DNA of 61,684 bases, the filler included. It is 5 parts of 5 records of this genome, joined end to end, with 100 filler letters (N's around TTAATTAATTAA, not from the genome) between each part and the next. Parts side by side here need not be neighbours in the genome. Positions count along the whole stretch, not along the records: positions 38,067 to 52,330 come from SRR20825010_6325; positions 52,431 to 61,684 come from SRR20825010_6332; 3 more parts are not named here. The stretch is one strand, 5' to 3'. Shown piece by piece: positions 49,204 to 61,067 of the stretch (position 1 is the first letter of the stretch; every line of letters starts with the position of its first letter). The notes beneath the pieces are model-generated. The model saw only the letters and a program-made list of their open reading frames with translations, was not told the DNA's origin and did not search any database. A program made the translations under genes and the position numbers.

Positions 49204-49632
49204 AGTATCTTATATGGTTTTAGTTTTTAAGCCGCTAAAAGCTTGAAAGCACTGTGGTATTGGCAGTACTATAAAATTACAATATATACTTATTTTCTTG
49301 TTTGAGAGGAGACATTTCTAGGATTGGAAATCCGAATGCAATTTGATCATGTCCAGTCCATTAGGCTTTAAGCAAATTGACCTAGTAAGTCCACAAGTGT
49401 TTAGGGCAATTGTTTTTCTAGTTTTGGTGTACCAAACAGTTATCAACATAAGGCTTTCGGGTAAGAACGTAATTCTCATAAAAGGCATCTGGGAAATGAT
49501 TATTCTAGGCTACCGACTTGGAGGACTGAAAAATTATTTCCGCCAGAAAAAAACAAGCCAGACAAACCCATCACATTTGCTTTTAAAAAGCAAAAGAACT
49601 ACATTTTAATTGCAAATAAACATATAGAGCAG

Positions 49633-50550
49633 ATGGCTTACATTAGATTAACTATATTCTGTCTTGGAGTAGCAGCCTTCTTTATCTTCAAGTCATTCTT
49701 CGTTTCGGAAAAAGAGGAAGTAAAAGAAGATTTCTTAACGGAATTTAGTCAATCCAATTTTTGGGAGATAAAGACTGCGGGATTAGCCTCAGAAACACCT
49801 AAATGGATATTCGAAACGAGGTTTAACAATTATAAAGAGAACCTCCAGAGTCTTAAAGGAGCCACTTCAAATATATTAGTCATCTTAGCGCTAGGCATAT
49901 TGTTAATATTCTACAGACCTGATGGCATCCAAATATCATTCTTGAGTGTAAAGATACCTGAAGGGCTATTGTACCTAATAATAGTTTTTGGGTCATTTTA
50001 TACTTGGTCTAATTTTGGTTTAGAATTGAATTCTGCAATTCGGTCTAGACTGGCACTGCACGATAATCTTGAAACACTTATTAACAACCCAATACATAAC
50101 ATTGTTAATAGTGATAAAGATAGTATCTCGGCTGGCCAAAAACCCAGCGAGGCCTTGTTCGATCATGGAGTAGTTGACAATTGGGTAGTGCACTTCTTTC
50201 CAAATCATTTTAATGTGTCGGGAGATGAAAAAATAATGAAAGTATGGTCTTCAATTGGTCTTTACGGCCTTTATGGTCTAATGGCTGGATCGCTCTTCGC
50301 GTTGAGTTTTATTACATCCATTGAATTAGGGGATAGAAAAAAAAGATCAAAGTTTTACTCAAACGTTCTGTTGGTAATTTCCATCGGTGTCGTACTGACA
50401 CCTTGTTACTTCTGGGCTACATCTTTGCATACCTACAGTGCTGGCTATATTGGTTACATGTGGGTAATTGCTGCCATTTGGGTATACTTCTGGAATAAAA
50501 GTGGAAAGCACATTTCGGAAAAACTAAGAGAAATTCTTCAAACTGATTAA
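49633..50550 (+). CDS. hypothetical multi-pass membrane protein
   Basis: 305 aa with about six hydrophobic segments. Confidence 0.7.
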   Translation: MAYIRLTIFCLGVAAFFIFKSFFVSEKEEVKEDFLTEFSQSNFWEIKTAGLASETPKWIFETRFNNYKENLQSLKGATSNILVILALGILLIFYRPDGIQISFLSVKIPEGLLYLIIVFGSFYTWSNFGLELNSAIRSRLALHDNLETLINNPIHNIVNSDKDSISAGQKPSEALFDHGVVDNWVVHFFPNHFNVSGDEKIMKVWSSIGLYGLYGLMAGSLFALSFITSIELGDRKKRSKFYSNVLLVISIGVVLTPCYFWATSLHTYSAGYIGYMWVIAAIWVYFWNKSGKHISEKLREILQTD

Positions 50551-50843
50551 GCTGCAAAAACTAAAAATGTACTATTCTTATAAATGTAGACAACTCATTA
50601 AAACCCTGACGCAGCCTCTCTCACCTGTGTTCTGCCAGGTCTATGTATTTAAAAAAACGCTGTCCGTATTAGGATCACTCCACTAACCCACTGTCCCCCT
50701 CCTTCAAAATCTCCATTAACGAACTGAATCAACATTAACACAATCAGAGATGCACAATTTATTACTTGATCTCTTGTCTATTCAAGTTAATTTCATAAAT
50801 TAATGCAACTAAACGCACGTGCAGTCAGTATAAATATTAACCT

Positions 50844-51386
50844 ATGGATAAAAGAGAAGAACTAATTGGCATCGCTACGGCCCTATTTTCAGAAAGGGGA
50901 TTTGAAAACACCCCTCTATCGGTAGTCTGCGAAAAAGCCAATGTGTCCAAAGGTTTGATTTCACATCATTTCAAATCAAAGAATGGATTGCTCAGAGAAA
51001 TCTTTATAAAAACGACTGAACTCATCATTGAAATGAACCGGTTAGATCAATCCAATCAGACACCTAATGAGCAACTACGCACATTATTGGAATCATTCTT
51101 TTCACAACTAGAAAGCGATAAAATGCTTTTTCAGTTCAACCTCAATATGATGGTGCAACCAAATACCAGGACCATATTAAGCGATTTAATTAAAGATAGA
51201 TCTGATTTTATATTGAGGTCTGTACAAAGTATTTACAATCAAATCGATCCCCATACATCTTTGGTCATGAGTCATGCTTTTATAGCAGAAATGGATGGAA
51301 TAGCATTAAACTACTTAGGGGTTTATGATGATTTTCCTTTAAGAGAAATCAAAGACCACATTATTACAAAGTACACATCACAATGA
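50844..51386 (+). CDS. TetR/AcrR family regulator
   Basis: HTH ALFSERGFENT...ANVSKGLISHHFKSK. Confidence 0.92.
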   Translation: MDKREELIGIATALFSERGFENTPLSVVCEKANVSKGLISHHFKSKNGLLREIFIKTTELIIEMNRLDQSNQTPNEQLRTLLESFFSQLESDKMLFQFNLNMMVQPNTRTILSDLIKDRSDFILRSVQSIYNQIDPHTSLVMSHAFIAEMDGIALNYLGVYDDFPLREIKDHIITKYTSQ

Positions 51387-52165
51387 AGGTAATAAAAACG
51401 AATAGTACAGAAACAATCGACAGTTTAAGGTCGAAATTATATCAAAAGCTGACCGCGCCAATAGATGCCATGTGGGAGTTACTCTACATTGCTTCGTCCC
51501 AGCATTTCTTGATTGAAGATGAAGCAAAGAACATAGGCTACTGCTGTATTGACAATGGAGACAGCTTGTTACAGATATACCTGATAGATGAATATTCTCA
51601 TCAAATAGATAGGGTTATTACATCATTAATCGAATCAAGGCTCATCAGTTCCGCCAAGTTAAGCTCTAGTGCGCCTGTAGCTTTTAATACTTGCCTGTTT
51701 CATTCCAACTCAATCAAAACAAACACTATCTGCTATCAACACACCAATAGTATCATAAAGAATGTGGCTCCCTTGAATTTAGAATTGGCTACGGAAGAAG
51801 ATATTTCTGCTATCAAAGTATTCTTAAAAGAGCAGGTGGGAATGGACGACACATTTGGTTATACAGAAAACCTGGTTACCAGAAAGGAAATCTATTTCAT
51901 CAAAGAATCAGACATGATCATTGCCACAAGTGAATGTCGAATGAGTGATTCTCAACCTGAATTTGCCGATTTAGGAATTATCGTGAGTAAAAATCATCAA
52001 GGAAAAGGTATGGCAACAAAAGTGATGCGAATGCAAGTAAACAGAGTTTTAGAGATAGGAAGAAAACCTATTTGCTCTACTACACTAGACAATCTATCAT
52101 CGAGAAAAGCCATAGAGAAGGCCGGCTTCTATTGCACCAATGTCATTTTCGATATTAGTTTTTAG
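51383..52165 (+). CDS. GNAT family N-acetyltransferase
   Basis: DLGIIVSKNHQGKGMAT, N.SSRKAIEKAGF; ATGA overlap with tetR. Confidence 0.88.
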   Translation: MKVIKTNSTETIDSLRSKLYQKLTAPIDAMWELLYIASSQHFLIEDEAKNIGYCCIDNGDSLLQIYLIDEYSHQIDRVITSLIESRLISSAKLSSSAPVAFNTCLFHSNSIKTNTICYQHTNSIIKNVAPLNLELATEEDISAIKVFLKEQVGMDDTFGYTENLVTRKEIYFIKESDMIIATSECRMSDSQPEFADLGIIVSKNHQGKGMATKVMRMQVNRVLEIGRKPICSTTLDNLSSRKAIEKAGFYCTNVIFDISF

Positions 52166-52330
52166 AAATCAAAGATTTAACTACAGCACCATAGGTTTGA
52201 GGGAGAATGAAATTCTCTTGGTGCCAAAATCAAGATGATAGACAGTAGATTATACTATAGAAGTTAAATAGAAGTCATTTATCTACTATCTCGTGAATAT
52301 TTTTAGAAGCTAAAGCGAAATGCACTAAAG

Positions 52331-52430
52331 NNNNNNNNNNNNNNNNNNNNNNNNNNNNNNNNNNNNNNNNNNNNTTAATTAATTAANNNNNNNNNNNNNN
52401 NNNNNNNNNNNNNNNNNNNNNNNNNNNNNN
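52331..52430. other. artificial contig spacer
   Basis: N run with TTAATTAATTAA. Confidence 0.98.
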
Positions 52431-52431
52431 G

Positions 52432-54702
52432 GATGGTCAGGGTAACTTTGGTTCCATCGACGGCGACAATGCGGCTGCCATGCGTTACACCGAGATCCGC
52501 ATGGAGAAGATTGCCCACTCCCTGCTGGCGGATCTGGACAAGGAAACTGTGGATTTCGTGGCCAACTATGATGGCACCGAACAGATTCCGGACGTACTGC
52601 CCACTCGGATTCCCAACCTGCTGGTAAACGGTTCCTCAGGCATTGCCGTGGGTATGGCCACCAATATTCCGCCCCATAACCTGACGGAAATTGTGAACGG
52701 CTGCCTGGCATTGATTGATAATCCGGATATGACCATCGACGACCTGATGGAGCATATTCCGGGGCCGGACTTCCCCACCCAGGGCATCATTAATGGTCGC
52801 GCCGGCATTGTTGAGGCCTACCGCACCGGCCGTGGGCGCATCTACATCCGTGCCCGCCATGAAATCGAGCACGACAAGAAAACCAACCGCGACGCCATCA
52901 TTATTACCGAGCTGCCGTACCAGCTGAACAAAGCGCGGCTGATCGAGAAAATTGCGGAGCTGGTAAAAGAGAAGCGACTGGAAGGCATCTCCGAGCTGCG
53001 GGATGAGTCCAACAAGGAAGGTATCCGGGTAGTGATTGAGCTGCGTCGCGGTGAAAACCCGGACGTGGTCATTAATAACCTCTTTGCCCACACTCAGTTG
53101 CAGACGGTTTTCGGCATCAACATGGTCGCCCTGATCAACGGCGAGCCGAAAATCCTCAACCTCAAGGAAATGCTGGACGCATTTGTCCGGCATCGCCGCG
53201 AAGTGGTTACCCGCCGTACCATTTACGAACTGCGTAAAGCCCGCGAACGTGGCCATATCCTGGAAGGCCTCACGGTTGCTCTGGCGAACATCGATGAAAT
53301 CATCGCGCTGATCAAGGCGTCTCCGGCTGCGGCCGAGGCGAAAGAGAAGCTGATGGCTCAGGGCTGGGCACCGGGTGACGTTCTGGCGATGCTTGAGCGG
53401 GCAGGCGAAGACGCATGCCGCCCCGATGATCTGCCGGAGATCTTTGGCCTGCGTAATGGTCTTTATCACCTGTCGCCAGAACAGGCTCAGGCGATCCTGG
53501 ACCTGCGCCTGCATCGCCTGACCGGTCTTGAGACCGAAAAGCTCCAGAATGAGTACAAGGACATTCTCGAGAAGATTGCCGACCTGCTGGAAATTCTGGG
53601 TGATCCGGACCGTCTGATGCAGGTTATCCGTGAAGAACTGGAAGCGGTGGTGACCGAGTTCGGCGATACCCGTCTGACCGAAATCACCAGCTCCAAGCGT
53701 GACCTGACCATCGCCGATCTGATCGACGAGGAAGATCTGGTGGTCACCATCTCCCACGGTGGTTATGCCAAGACTCAGGCCGTCGAAGATTATCAGGCCC
53801 AGCGCCGTGGTGGTCGCGGCAAGGCCGCTACGTCCATGAAAGACGAAGATTTCGTCGAGAAACTGCTGGTAGCGAACTCCCACGACACCATTCTGTGCTT
53901 CTCCAACCGGGGCAAGGTGTACTGGTTGCGGGTGTTCGAGATTCCCCGGGCCAGCCGCGCGTCCCGCGGCCGTCCGATGGTCAACATCCTGCCGTTGGAA
54001 GAAGGGGAGCGTATTACCACCTTCCTGCCGGTTCGTGACTATCCGGAAGACCAGTACGTGCTGATGGCCACCTCGGCGGGTGTGGTCAAGAAAACGCCGT
54101 TGCCGAATTTCTCCCGTCCGCGCAGCAATGGTCTGATTGCTCTGTCGCTTGACGAGGGTGACACCCTGATTGGTACGGCCATCACCAAGGGTGATGCGGA
54201 AGTCATGCTGTTCTCCTCGGCGGGCAAGGCCGTTCGCTTCAACGAGGAAGCGGTACGTCCGATGAGCCGTACGGCTCGTGGTGTGCGTGGCATTAGAATG
54301 CCGGAAGGACATCATGTTGTGTCGCTGATCATTCCGCAGGAAAACGCGGTTCTGCTGACGGCGAGTGAGAACGGCTACGGTAAGCGCACCACCTTCGACG
54401 AGTTCCCGACCTACAGCCGGGGCAGCCAGGGCGTTATCGCCATGCAGTGTTCCGAGCGTAACGGCAACCTGGTCACGGCGTTGCAGCTGTTTGAAGGCGA
54501 CGAAATGATGCTGATCTCGGACAAAGGCACACTTGTGCGTACCCGTACCGACGAAGTATCGGTTCTGAGCCGGAACACCCAGGGTGTTCGCCTGATCAAA
54601 CTGAGCCAGGAAGACGAACGCCTCGTGGGTGTTGAGCGTATTGCCGAAACCGATGCCGAAGAGGTCGACGGTGAGGAAGGAAGTGATGAGCAGGGCGTAT
54701 AA
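52432..54702 (+). CDS. gyrA: DNA gyrase subunit A, 5' truncated
   Basis: [15 protein letters not shown] active site; GyrA box QRRGGRG; acidic tail. Confidence 0.97.
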   Translation, partial: DGQGNFGSIDGDNAAAMRYTEIRMEKIAHSLLADLDKETVDFVANYDGTEQIPDVLPTRIPNLLVNGSSGIAVGMATNIPPHNLTEIVNGCLALIDNPDMTIDDLMEHIPGPDFPTQGIINGRAGIVEAYRTGRGRIYIRARHEIEHDKKTNRDAIIITELPYQLNKARLIEKIAELVKEKRLEGISELRDESNKEGIRVVIELRRGENPDVVINNLFAHTQLQTVFGINMVALINGEPKILNLKEMLDAFVRHRREVVTRRTIYELRKARERGHILEGLTVALANIDEIIALIKASPAAAEAKEKLMAQGWAPGDVLAMLERAGEDACRPDDLPEIFGLRNGLYHLSPEQAQAILDLRLHRLTGLETEKLQNEYKDILEKIADLLEILGDPDRLMQVIREELEAVVTEFGDTRLTEITSSKRDLTIADLIDEEDLVVTISHGGYAKTQAVEDYQAQRRGGRGKAATSMKDEDFVEKLLVANSHDTILCFSNRGKVYWLRVFEIPRASRASRGRPMVNILPLEEGERITTFLPVRDYPEDQYVLMATSAGVVKKTPLPNFSRPRSNGLIALSLDEGDTLIGTAITKGDAEVMLFSSAGKAVRFNEEAVRPMSRTARGVRGIRMPEGHHVVSLIIPQENAVLLTASENGYGKRTTFDEFPTYSRGSQGVIAMQCSERNGNLVTALQLFEGDEMMLISDKGTLVRTRTDEVSVLSRNTQGVRLIKLSQEDERLVGVERIAETDAEEVDGEEGSDEQGV

Positions 54703-55768
54703 TTTTTGTGCAGGCCCGGCAACCTTGCCGGAGCCTGTTTTGCGACAGGCACGGGAAGAGATGCTGGATTGGCGCGGCACCGGCATGTCCGTGATGGAGA
54801 TGAGCCATCGCAGTGACGAGTTCGTGGAAATCGCCGAAACTGCCGAGAAAGACCTTCGGGAATTGGCCGGCGTTTCAGATGATTACGCCGTACTCTTCAT
54901 GCAGGGTGGTGCGTCCAGCCAGTTCTCGACCATTCCACTGAACCTGTTGGGCGACAAGACGTCTGCGGACTACGTGAACACGGGTATCTGGTCGAAGAAA
55001 GCCATCGCCGAGGCCAGCCGTTATGGTCAGGTTAATGTCGTGGCAAGCAGCGAATCGAGTGGCTTTGCCAGCATTCCCGATCAGGATAGCTGGGCGACGA
55101 GCGCCGATGCGGCTTACCTGCATTACACGCCCAATGAAACCATCGGCGGATTGGAGTTCGACTTCGTGCCGGAGAGCGGTTCCGTGCCGTTGGTGGCGGA
55201 TATGTCGTCCACCATGTTGTCACGCCCGCTGGACATCTCGAAATTTGGCCTGATCTACGCCGGGGCCCAGAAGAACATCGGTCCATCCGGCCTGGTGGTC
55301 GTGATCATTCGCAAGGATCTGTTGGGCAAGGCGCTCAAGATCACGCCGACGATGATGAACTATCAGGTCATTGCGGATAATGACTCCATGTACAACACGC
55401 CGGCGACATACTCCTGGTACCTCGCAGGCCTGGTATTCAAATGGCTGAAAGAGCAGGGCGGTGTTACGGCTATGGGTGAGGTCAATCGTCGTAAAGCCAG
55501 CAAACTGTATGGTTTTATTGATGAGAACGACTTCTACGCCAACCCGATATCCCCGCGCTTCCGATCCTGGATGAATATACCGTTCACCCTTGCAGATGAC
55601 GCGCTCAACAGTGCTTTCCTGAAAGGTGCGAATGAGAGAGGGTTGCTGAACCTCAAGGGCCATCGCTCCGTGGGTGGCATGCGGGCTAGCGTCTACAACG
55701 CCATGCCAGAAGCCGGTGTCGATGCGTTGATTGATTACATGACCGTGTTTGCGAAGGAGCGGGGCTGA
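54686..55768 (+). CDS. serC: phosphoserine aminotransferase
   Basis: [32 protein letters not shown]. Confidence 0.97.
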   Translation: MSRAYNFCAGPATLPEPVLRQAREEMLDWRGTGMSVMEMSHRSDEFVEIAETAEKDLRELAGVSDDYAVLFMQGGASSQFSTIPLNLLGDKTSADYVNTGIWSKKAIAEASRYGQVNVVASSESSGFASIPDQDSWATSADAAYLHYTPNETIGGLEFDFVPESGSVPLVADMSSTMLSRPLDISKFGLIYAGAQKNIGPSGLVVVIIRKDLLGKALKITPTMMNYQVIADNDSMYNTPATYSWYLAGLVFKWLKEQGGVTAMGEVNRRKASKLYGFIDENDFYANPISPRFRSWMNIPFTLADDALNSAFLKGANERGLLNLKGHRSVGGMRASVYNAMPEAGVDALIDYMTVFAKERG

Positions 55769-55770
55769 TC

Positions 55771-56868
55771 ATGAGTGATGAGCAGGCCCGTCTCGGGCAG
55801 TTGAGGGTCGATATTGATCGCCTGGATCAGGAAATCATGGACCTGATCAGCAAGCGCGCGGAATGCGCCCAGGAAGTGGCTCGCGTGAAGATGGAAGCCA
55901 ACCCGGGTGAGGATGTATTCTTCTACCGTCCGGAACGTGAAGCCCAGGTTTTGAGGCGTATAAAGGAGAGCAATCCCGGCCCGCTGTCCGGCGAGGAGAT
56001 GGCCCGACTGTTCCGGGAGATCATGTCCGCGTGCCTGGCACTGGAAAAGCCGATGCACATCGCTTTCCTCGGGCCGATTGGCACCTTTACCCAGGCGGCG
56101 GCGCTCAAGCATTTTGGGCACTCCGTGGTCAGCGTGCCTTTGCCCGCCATCGATGCAGTGTTCCGTGAAGTGGAATCCGGCGCGGCCCACTATGGTGTGG
56201 TCCCGGTGGAAAATTCCACGGAAGGCATGATCAACCATACCCTTGATATGTTCATGTCCTCGCCGCTGAAGATCTGCGGCGAAGTGCAGTTGCGGATACA
56301 CCACCACCTGATGGTGTCGCCAAAGCACCAGGGGCAGGACATTGTCCGCATTTATTCCCATCAGCAGTCGTTTGCCCAGTGCCGGCAGTGGCTGGATACC
56401 CATCGTTACGGTATTGAGCGGGTCACGGTCAGTAGTAATGCCGAAGCCGCGAGGCGGGCAGCGGAAGAGCCGGGCACGGCCGCGATCGCAGGCGACATGG
56501 CGGCGGAACTTTACGGCCTGGAAATGCTGGCGACCAGTATCGAAGACCGTCCGGACAACACCACCCGTTTCCTGATCATCGGTCGTGAGGAAGTGCCGGC
56601 CAGCGGTAACGATAAGTCGTCCATTCTGGTGTCCATGCGCAACAAGCCTGGTGCGTTATATCAATTGCTTGAGCCGTTCCACAAACATGGTCTGAGCCTG
56701 ACCCGTATCGAAACCCGTCCATCGCCCAGCGGTACCTGGGCCTACGTGTTCTACATCGATTTTGAGGGCCATGTGGAAGATGCGCAGGTCAGCAAGGTGC
56801 TGTCAGAGATCGATGAAGAGGCGGTCGAGCTGAAGCGCCTGGGGTCCTATCCCATTGGGGTCCTGTGA
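55771..56868 (+). CDS. pheA: chorismate mutase/prephenate dehydratase (P-protein)
   Basis: N-terminal CM domain, PVENSTEG, NTTRF, IETRPS ACT domain. Confidence 0.96.
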   Translation: MSDEQARLGQLRVDIDRLDQEIMDLISKRAECAQEVARVKMEANPGEDVFFYRPEREAQVLRRIKESNPGPLSGEEMARLFREIMSACLALEKPMHIAFLGPIGTFTQAAALKHFGHSVVSVPLPAIDAVFREVESGAAHYGVVPVENSTEGMINHTLDMFMSSPLKICGEVQLRIHHHLMVSPKHQGQDIVRIYSHQQSFAQCRQWLDTHRYGIERVTVSSNAEAARRAAEEPGTAAIAGDMAAELYGLEMLATSIEDRPDNTTRFLIIGREEVPASGNDKSSILVSMRNKPGALYQLLEPFHKHGLSLTRIETRPSPSGTWAYVFYIDFEGHVEDAQVSKVLSEIDEEAVELKRLGSYPIGVL

Positions 56869-56898
56869 CAGAAACGCAAATGACTGAGGAAGGTCGAA

Positions 56899-58026
56899 AT
56901 GTCGATTGATTACCAAAGTCTGGCGGTCAAAGGCGTGCAGGCGCTATCCCCCTACCAGCCGGGCAAGCCCATTGATGAGCTGGCCAGGGAGTTGGGCCTG
57001 AAGCCCGACAACATCATCAAGCTGGCCAGCAACGAAAACCCTCTTGGGCCCAGCCCAAAGGCGCTGGCGGCGGTGAAGGGAGCCCTGGACGAGCTCTGTC
57101 GCTATCCCGATGGCAATGGGTTTGATCTCAAGCAGGCATTGTCGGCCCGATACGGCGTGGCGCCCGCTCAGATTACCCTTGGCAACGGTTCCAACGATGT
57201 CCTGGAGGTGATCACACGGTGCTTTGCAGATGCCTCTTCGGAAGTCGTGTTTTCCCAGTATGCTTTTGCGGTATACCCGCTTGTTACCCAGGCGATCGGC
57301 GCCAAAGGTGTGTCGGTGCCCGCCAGGGACTATGGCCATGACCTCGACGCCATGGTGGAGGCGATAACAGATCGCACCGCGCTGGTGTTTGTGGCCAACC
57401 CCAACAACCCCACGGGCACGGTTCATGGCGCTGAGGCGATCGAGTCGTTTCTGGCCCGTATTCCCCCCAGGGTTCTGGTGGTTCTGGATGAAGCCTACTG
57501 TGAATACCTTCAGGGTGAGGGCTATGTGGATGGCCTGTCGTTGCTCAAGCGCTATCCGAACCTGATCGTTACCAGGACATTCTCCAAGGCTTGGGGGTTG
57601 GCATCGCTGCGAGCTGGCTACAGTGTTAGCTCGCCGGACATTGCCAATGTTCTCAATCGTGTACGTCAGCCTTTTAATGTAGATTCTCTGGCTCTGGTAG
57701 CGGCGACGGCTGTGTTGAGCGATGAAGACTATCTGCGGCGCTCCTGTGAAGTGAATGCAGCCGGGATGAAACAGCTCGAGTCCGCTTTTAACGAAATGGG
57801 GCTGGAATACATTCCGTCTGCCGGCAACTTTATTGCTGTGGATGTGGGCGATCAGGCGGCTGACATCAATCAGTCGCTACTGGAGCAGGGTGTGATTGTC
57901 AGGCCGATTGGCGGCTACGGCCTACCCAGGCATCTGCGGGTGTCGATTGGCTTGCCCGAAGAAAATGCACGGTTTATCGAAGCTTTGGCCCGTGCACTGG
58001 ATACGTCCAGCGGACGGGGAGAGTAA
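56899..58026 (+). CDS. hisC: histidinol-phosphate/aromatic aminotransferase
   Basis: KLASNENPLG, NPNNPTG, DEAY, RTFSKAWGLASLR. Confidence 0.95.
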   Translation: MSIDYQSLAVKGVQALSPYQPGKPIDELARELGLKPDNIIKLASNENPLGPSPKALAAVKGALDELCRYPDGNGFDLKQALSARYGVAPAQITLGNGSNDVLEVITRCFADASSEVVFSQYAFAVYPLVTQAIGAKGVSVPARDYGHDLDAMVEAITDRTALVFVANPNNPTGTVHGAEAIESFLARIPPRVLVVLDEAYCEYLQGEGYVDGLSLLKRYPNLIVTRTFSKAWGLASLRAGYSVSSPDIANVLNRVRQPFNVDSLALVAATAVLSDEDYLRRSCEVNAAGMKQLESAFNEMGLEYIPSAGNFIAVDVGDQAADINQSLLEQGVIVRPIGGYGLPRHLRVSIGLPEENARFIEALARALDTSSGRGE

Positions 58027-58027
58027 C

Positions 58028-60256
58028 GTGTCCGAGATTCAGCCACTGTTCCAGCGTGTTGCTGTTATTGGTCTTGGGCTGATTGGTGGTTCTCTGGCCA
58101 AAGCGATCCGCGACAATGGCCTCGCGGTTACCGTTGTGGGCGCTGACAAGCGCGCGGACGAATTGGCGCTTGGCACGGAATTAGGCGTTATTGATGAAGC
58201 TGCCGGGTCGGTTGCTGAGGCTGTGGCCGGCAGCGACCTTGTGGTGCTGGCGGTACCGGTTAAGGCAACGCGGGCAGTGCTGGCGGAAATCAGGCCCCAT
58301 CTTGGCGAAAACGCCGTGTTGACGGACGTCGGCAGCACCAAGTCGAGTTTCGTCAACGATGTGCGAGAGGTGTTTGGCGACCTGCCCGCGAAAGTGATAC
58401 CCGGCCACCCCATCGCCGGTTCTGAAAAAAGCGGCATCCGCGCGGCCAACCCTGAGTTGTTTGCCAATCACAAGGTTATACTCACGCCGGCGGAGAACGT
58501 TGGTCAGCCCGACCTGGAGAAGCTCAGGGCATTGTGGGAAGGCTGTGGTGCGACGGTTCTGACCATGTCTGTGGCCTATCACGACGAGGTGCTGGCAGCC
58601 ACCAGTCATCTTCCTCATCTTATTGCTTTCTCACTGGTGGATACCCTGGCGGGCGAGGACGAAAATCTGGATATTTTCCGCTACGCAGCGGGCGGTTTCC
58701 GGGACTTCACCCGAATTGCAGCCAGCGACCCGGTGATGTGGCACGATATCTTTCTTTCCAACCGGGATGCGGTGTTGCGGGTCATTGATCATTTTACCCA
58801 CGATCTGGATCAGCTCCGTACCGCCATCGCCGATCAGGACAGTGCAACTCTGTTGCGGGTTTTCAGTCGCGCCAAGGCGGCGCGGGAACATTTTTCCAAG
58901 ATGCTTTCAGGACAGGCTTACGTGACAAACAACAGTCAGAAACAGGTAACGTTCCGTCTTCAACCCGGCGGCCGGATTTCCGGCGAGATACGCGTGCCGG
59001 GCGACAAATCCATTTCCCACCGATCCATCATGCTGGGTGCTCTTGCCGACGGTATCACGGAAGTGAAAGGCTTCCTTGAAGGCGAGGACAGCCTGGCAAC
59101 CTTGCAGGCGTTCCGCGACATGGGGGTGACCATTGAAGGGCCGGACGCGGGGTTTGTCCGCATTCACGGCGTCGGTATCAATGGTCTCCAGGCGCCGCGC
59201 GGCCCTTTGTACCTGGGCAATTCCGGTACTGCCATGCGGCTGTTCTCGGGCTTGCTGGCCGCGCAGCCGTTTGACTCCGAGCTCACCGGCGACGAAAGCC
59301 TCTCCAAGCGTCCCATGGGGCGTGTGGCAGATCCGCTGCGAGCAATGGGTGCGGTGATTGACACTGCCGAGGGCGGGCGGCCGCCTTTGAAAATCCGGGG
59401 TGGGCATGCGCTAACCGGTATCCATTATGAAATGCCGGTGGCCAGCGCCCAGGTTAAATCCTGCCTGCTACTCGCCGGTCTCTATGCCGAGGGCGTAACC
59501 TCCGTTACCGAGCCAGCTCCTACCCGGGATCATACTGAGCGCATGTTGGAAGGCTTTGGCTATCACGTGCATCGCGATACCGCGACGGCCAGCGTGACCG
59601 GTGGCGGTCGCTTGGCCGCCACCGCCATAGACGTGCCGGCGGATATCTCTTCGTCAGCGTTTTTCCTCGTTGCGGCGAGTATTGCCCCGGATTCCGACTT
59701 GACCATCCGCCACGTTGGCATGAACCCGACGAGAGTCGGCGTGATCAACATCCTGCGCATGATGGGGGCTAATATAGAAGTCCTCGAAGAGCGTGTGATT
59801 GGCGGGGAGCCGGTCGCTGATCTTCGCGTTCGTTCCGCCGAACTCAAGGGTATCGACATCCCTGAGGATCAGGTTCCGTTGGCAATCGACGAATTCCCCG
59901 TGCTGTTTATTGCCGCAGTCTGCGCTGAGGGCAGAACGGTTCTGCGCGGCGCCGAAGAGCTTCGCGTCAAGGAAAGTGATCGCATCCAGGTGATGGCAGA
60001 CGGCCTGACCGCGCTTGGAGTGGAAACCACCGTGACTCCAGACGGTATTGTCATTGATGGTGGCCAGACGATGGCCGCTGGAACCGTGAATAGCCATGGG
60101 GATCACCGCATTGCTATGGCGTTCTCCGTCGCCTCTCTGCGGGCTGAAGGGGATATCGAGGTGACCGATTGCGCCAACGTGTCCACCTCATTCCCGGGCT
60201 TTGTGGAGTTGGCAAAGCAGACTGGCATCAATATCGCCGCCGAAGGGGCTGAGTAA
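58028..60256 (+). CDS. aroA: bifunctional prephenate/cyclohexadienyl dehydrogenase - EPSP synthase fusion
   Basis: TyrA part [19 protein letters not shown]; AroA part [25 protein letters not shown]. Probable GTG start at 58028. Confidence 0.95.
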   Translation: MSEIQPLFQRVAVIGLGLIGGSLAKAIRDNGLAVTVVGADKRADELALGTELGVIDEAAGSVAEAVAGSDLVVLAVPVKATRAVLAEIRPHLGENAVLTDVGSTKSSFVNDVREVFGDLPAKVIPGHPIAGSEKSGIRAANPELFANHKVILTPAENVGQPDLEKLRALWEGCGATVLTMSVAYHDEVLAATSHLPHLIAFSLVDTLAGEDENLDIFRYAAGGFRDFTRIAASDPVMWHDIFLSNRDAVLRVIDHFTHDLDQLRTAIADQDSATLLRVFSRAKAAREHFSKMLSGQAYVTNNSQKQVTFRLQPGGRISGEIRVPGDKSISHRSIMLGALADGITEVKGFLEGEDSLATLQAFRDMGVTIEGPDAGFVRIHGVGINGLQAPRGPLYLGNSGTAMRLFSGLLAAQPFDSELTGDESLSKRPMGRVADPLRAMGAVIDTAEGGRPPLKIRGGHALTGIHYEMPVASAQVKSCLLLAGLYAEGVTSVTEPAPTRDHTERMLEGFGYHVHRDTATASVTGGGRLAATAIDVPADISSSAFFLVAASIAPDSDLTIRHVGMNPTRVGVINILRMMGANIEVLEERVIGGEPVADLRVRSAELKGIDIPEDQVPLAIDEFPVLFIAAVCAEGRTVLRGAEELRVKESDRIQVMADGLTALGVETTVTPDGIVIDGGQTMAAGTVNSHGDHRIAMAFSVASLRAEGDIEVTDCANVSTSFPGFVELAKQTGINIAAEGAE

Positions 60257-60936
60257 TGGCTGAAAGCAAGGCACCGGTTATTACCGTGGACGGCCCTGGC
60301 GGTTCCGGTAAAGGCACCATTACCCAGATGCTCGCCCGCCGGTTGGGGTGGCACCTGTTGGACAGTGGCGCGCTGTATCGCCTCACGGCATTGGCTGCGG
60401 AGCGGCAGGGCGTGTCCCTGGATGATGAGCCGTCTCTGGTAAAAGTCGCCGCCAGCCTCGATGTGGCGTTTGAGCCAACCCCACCAGGTGAGCCGGCAAA
60501 GGTACTGATGGCCGGTGTTGACGTCACCGCAGATATACGTACAGAGACCTGTGGCGACAATGCCTCGAAGGTGGCTGTCATGCAGCCTGTGCGCGACGCG
60601 CTACTGCAGCGCCAGCGTGATTTCCAGAAGCCTCCCGGGCTGGTCGCGGACGGTCGTGACATGGGAACGGTGGTGTTCCCGGACGCGCCAGTGAAGATCT
60701 TCCTGACAGCCAGTGCCGAAGAGCGTGCGCAAAGACGCTACAGCCAGTTGAAGGACGCAGGGGTCGATGTTAATATTGACGCCCTTTTAAAGGAGATACG
60801 GGTGCGCGATGAGCGGGATATGAACCGCGCCGCCGCCCCGCTCAAGCCTGCAGACGATGCGCAAGTCATTGATTCGACGGGGTTGAGTATAGAAGAGGTG
60901 CTAGTCAGGGTTATGGCCGCAGCAGGTCAGGCCTGA
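60256..60936 (+). CDS. cmk: cytidylate kinase
   Basis: [31 protein letters not shown]. Confidence 0.97.
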   Translation: MAESKAPVITVDGPGGSGKGTITQMLARRLGWHLLDSGALYRLTALAAERQGVSLDDEPSLVKVAASLDVAFEPTPPGEPAKVLMAGVDVTADIRTETCGDNASKVAVMQPVRDALLQRQRDFQKPPGLVADGRDMGTVVFPDAPVKIFLTASAEERAQRRYSQLKDAGVDVNIDALLKEIRVRDERDMNRAAAPLKPADDAQVIDSTGLSIEEVLVRVMAAAGQA

Positions 60937-60954
60937 CTACACCTTTTTGTTGTT

Positions 60955-61067
60955 GAAATTCCGGATTCGGCGTTATCGGCCAGCCACTGGCTGGATCCGG
61001 ATTGAAACTAACAGACCGTGTTGCTGGTAGCACGGAGTAAACTTGCGTTGATCACATAGGACACATA
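60955..61067 (+). promoter_or_regulatory. structured rpsA leader
   Basis: Hairpins CCGGAT...CCAGCC-ACT-GGCTGG-ATCCGG and CCGTG-TTGCTGGTAG-CACGG upstream of rpsA; consistent with gammaproteobacterial S1 autoregulatory leaders. Confidence 0.45.

Noticed and set aside
49204-49632. Long intergenic region and 88-aa ORF 49343-49609
   Set aside because: No recognisable RNA structure, repeat or protein motif; probably a divergent promoter region.
50815-50822. GCACGTGC palindrome upstream of tetR as an operator
   Set aside because: Plausible, but only 8 bp with imperfect flanks; not enough support.
14463-52430. Sharp composition and taxonomy shifts, and repeated TTAATTAATTAA
   Set aside because: All coincide with 100-nt N spacers. 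They are concatenation artefacts, not horizontal transfer or biological repeats, so no links across gaps were inferred.
52636-54786. 716-aa antisense ORF to gyrA, and other long antisense ORFs (28005-29162, 19393-20049, 61052-61666)
   Set aside because: Shadow frames of conserved genes in GC-rich DNA, with no protein motifs.
58028-60256. TyrA-AroA fusion and the gyrA-serC-pheA-hisC-aroA-cmk-rpsA order
   Set aside because: A well-known arrangement in Pseudomonadales-type gammaproteobacteria; not novel.
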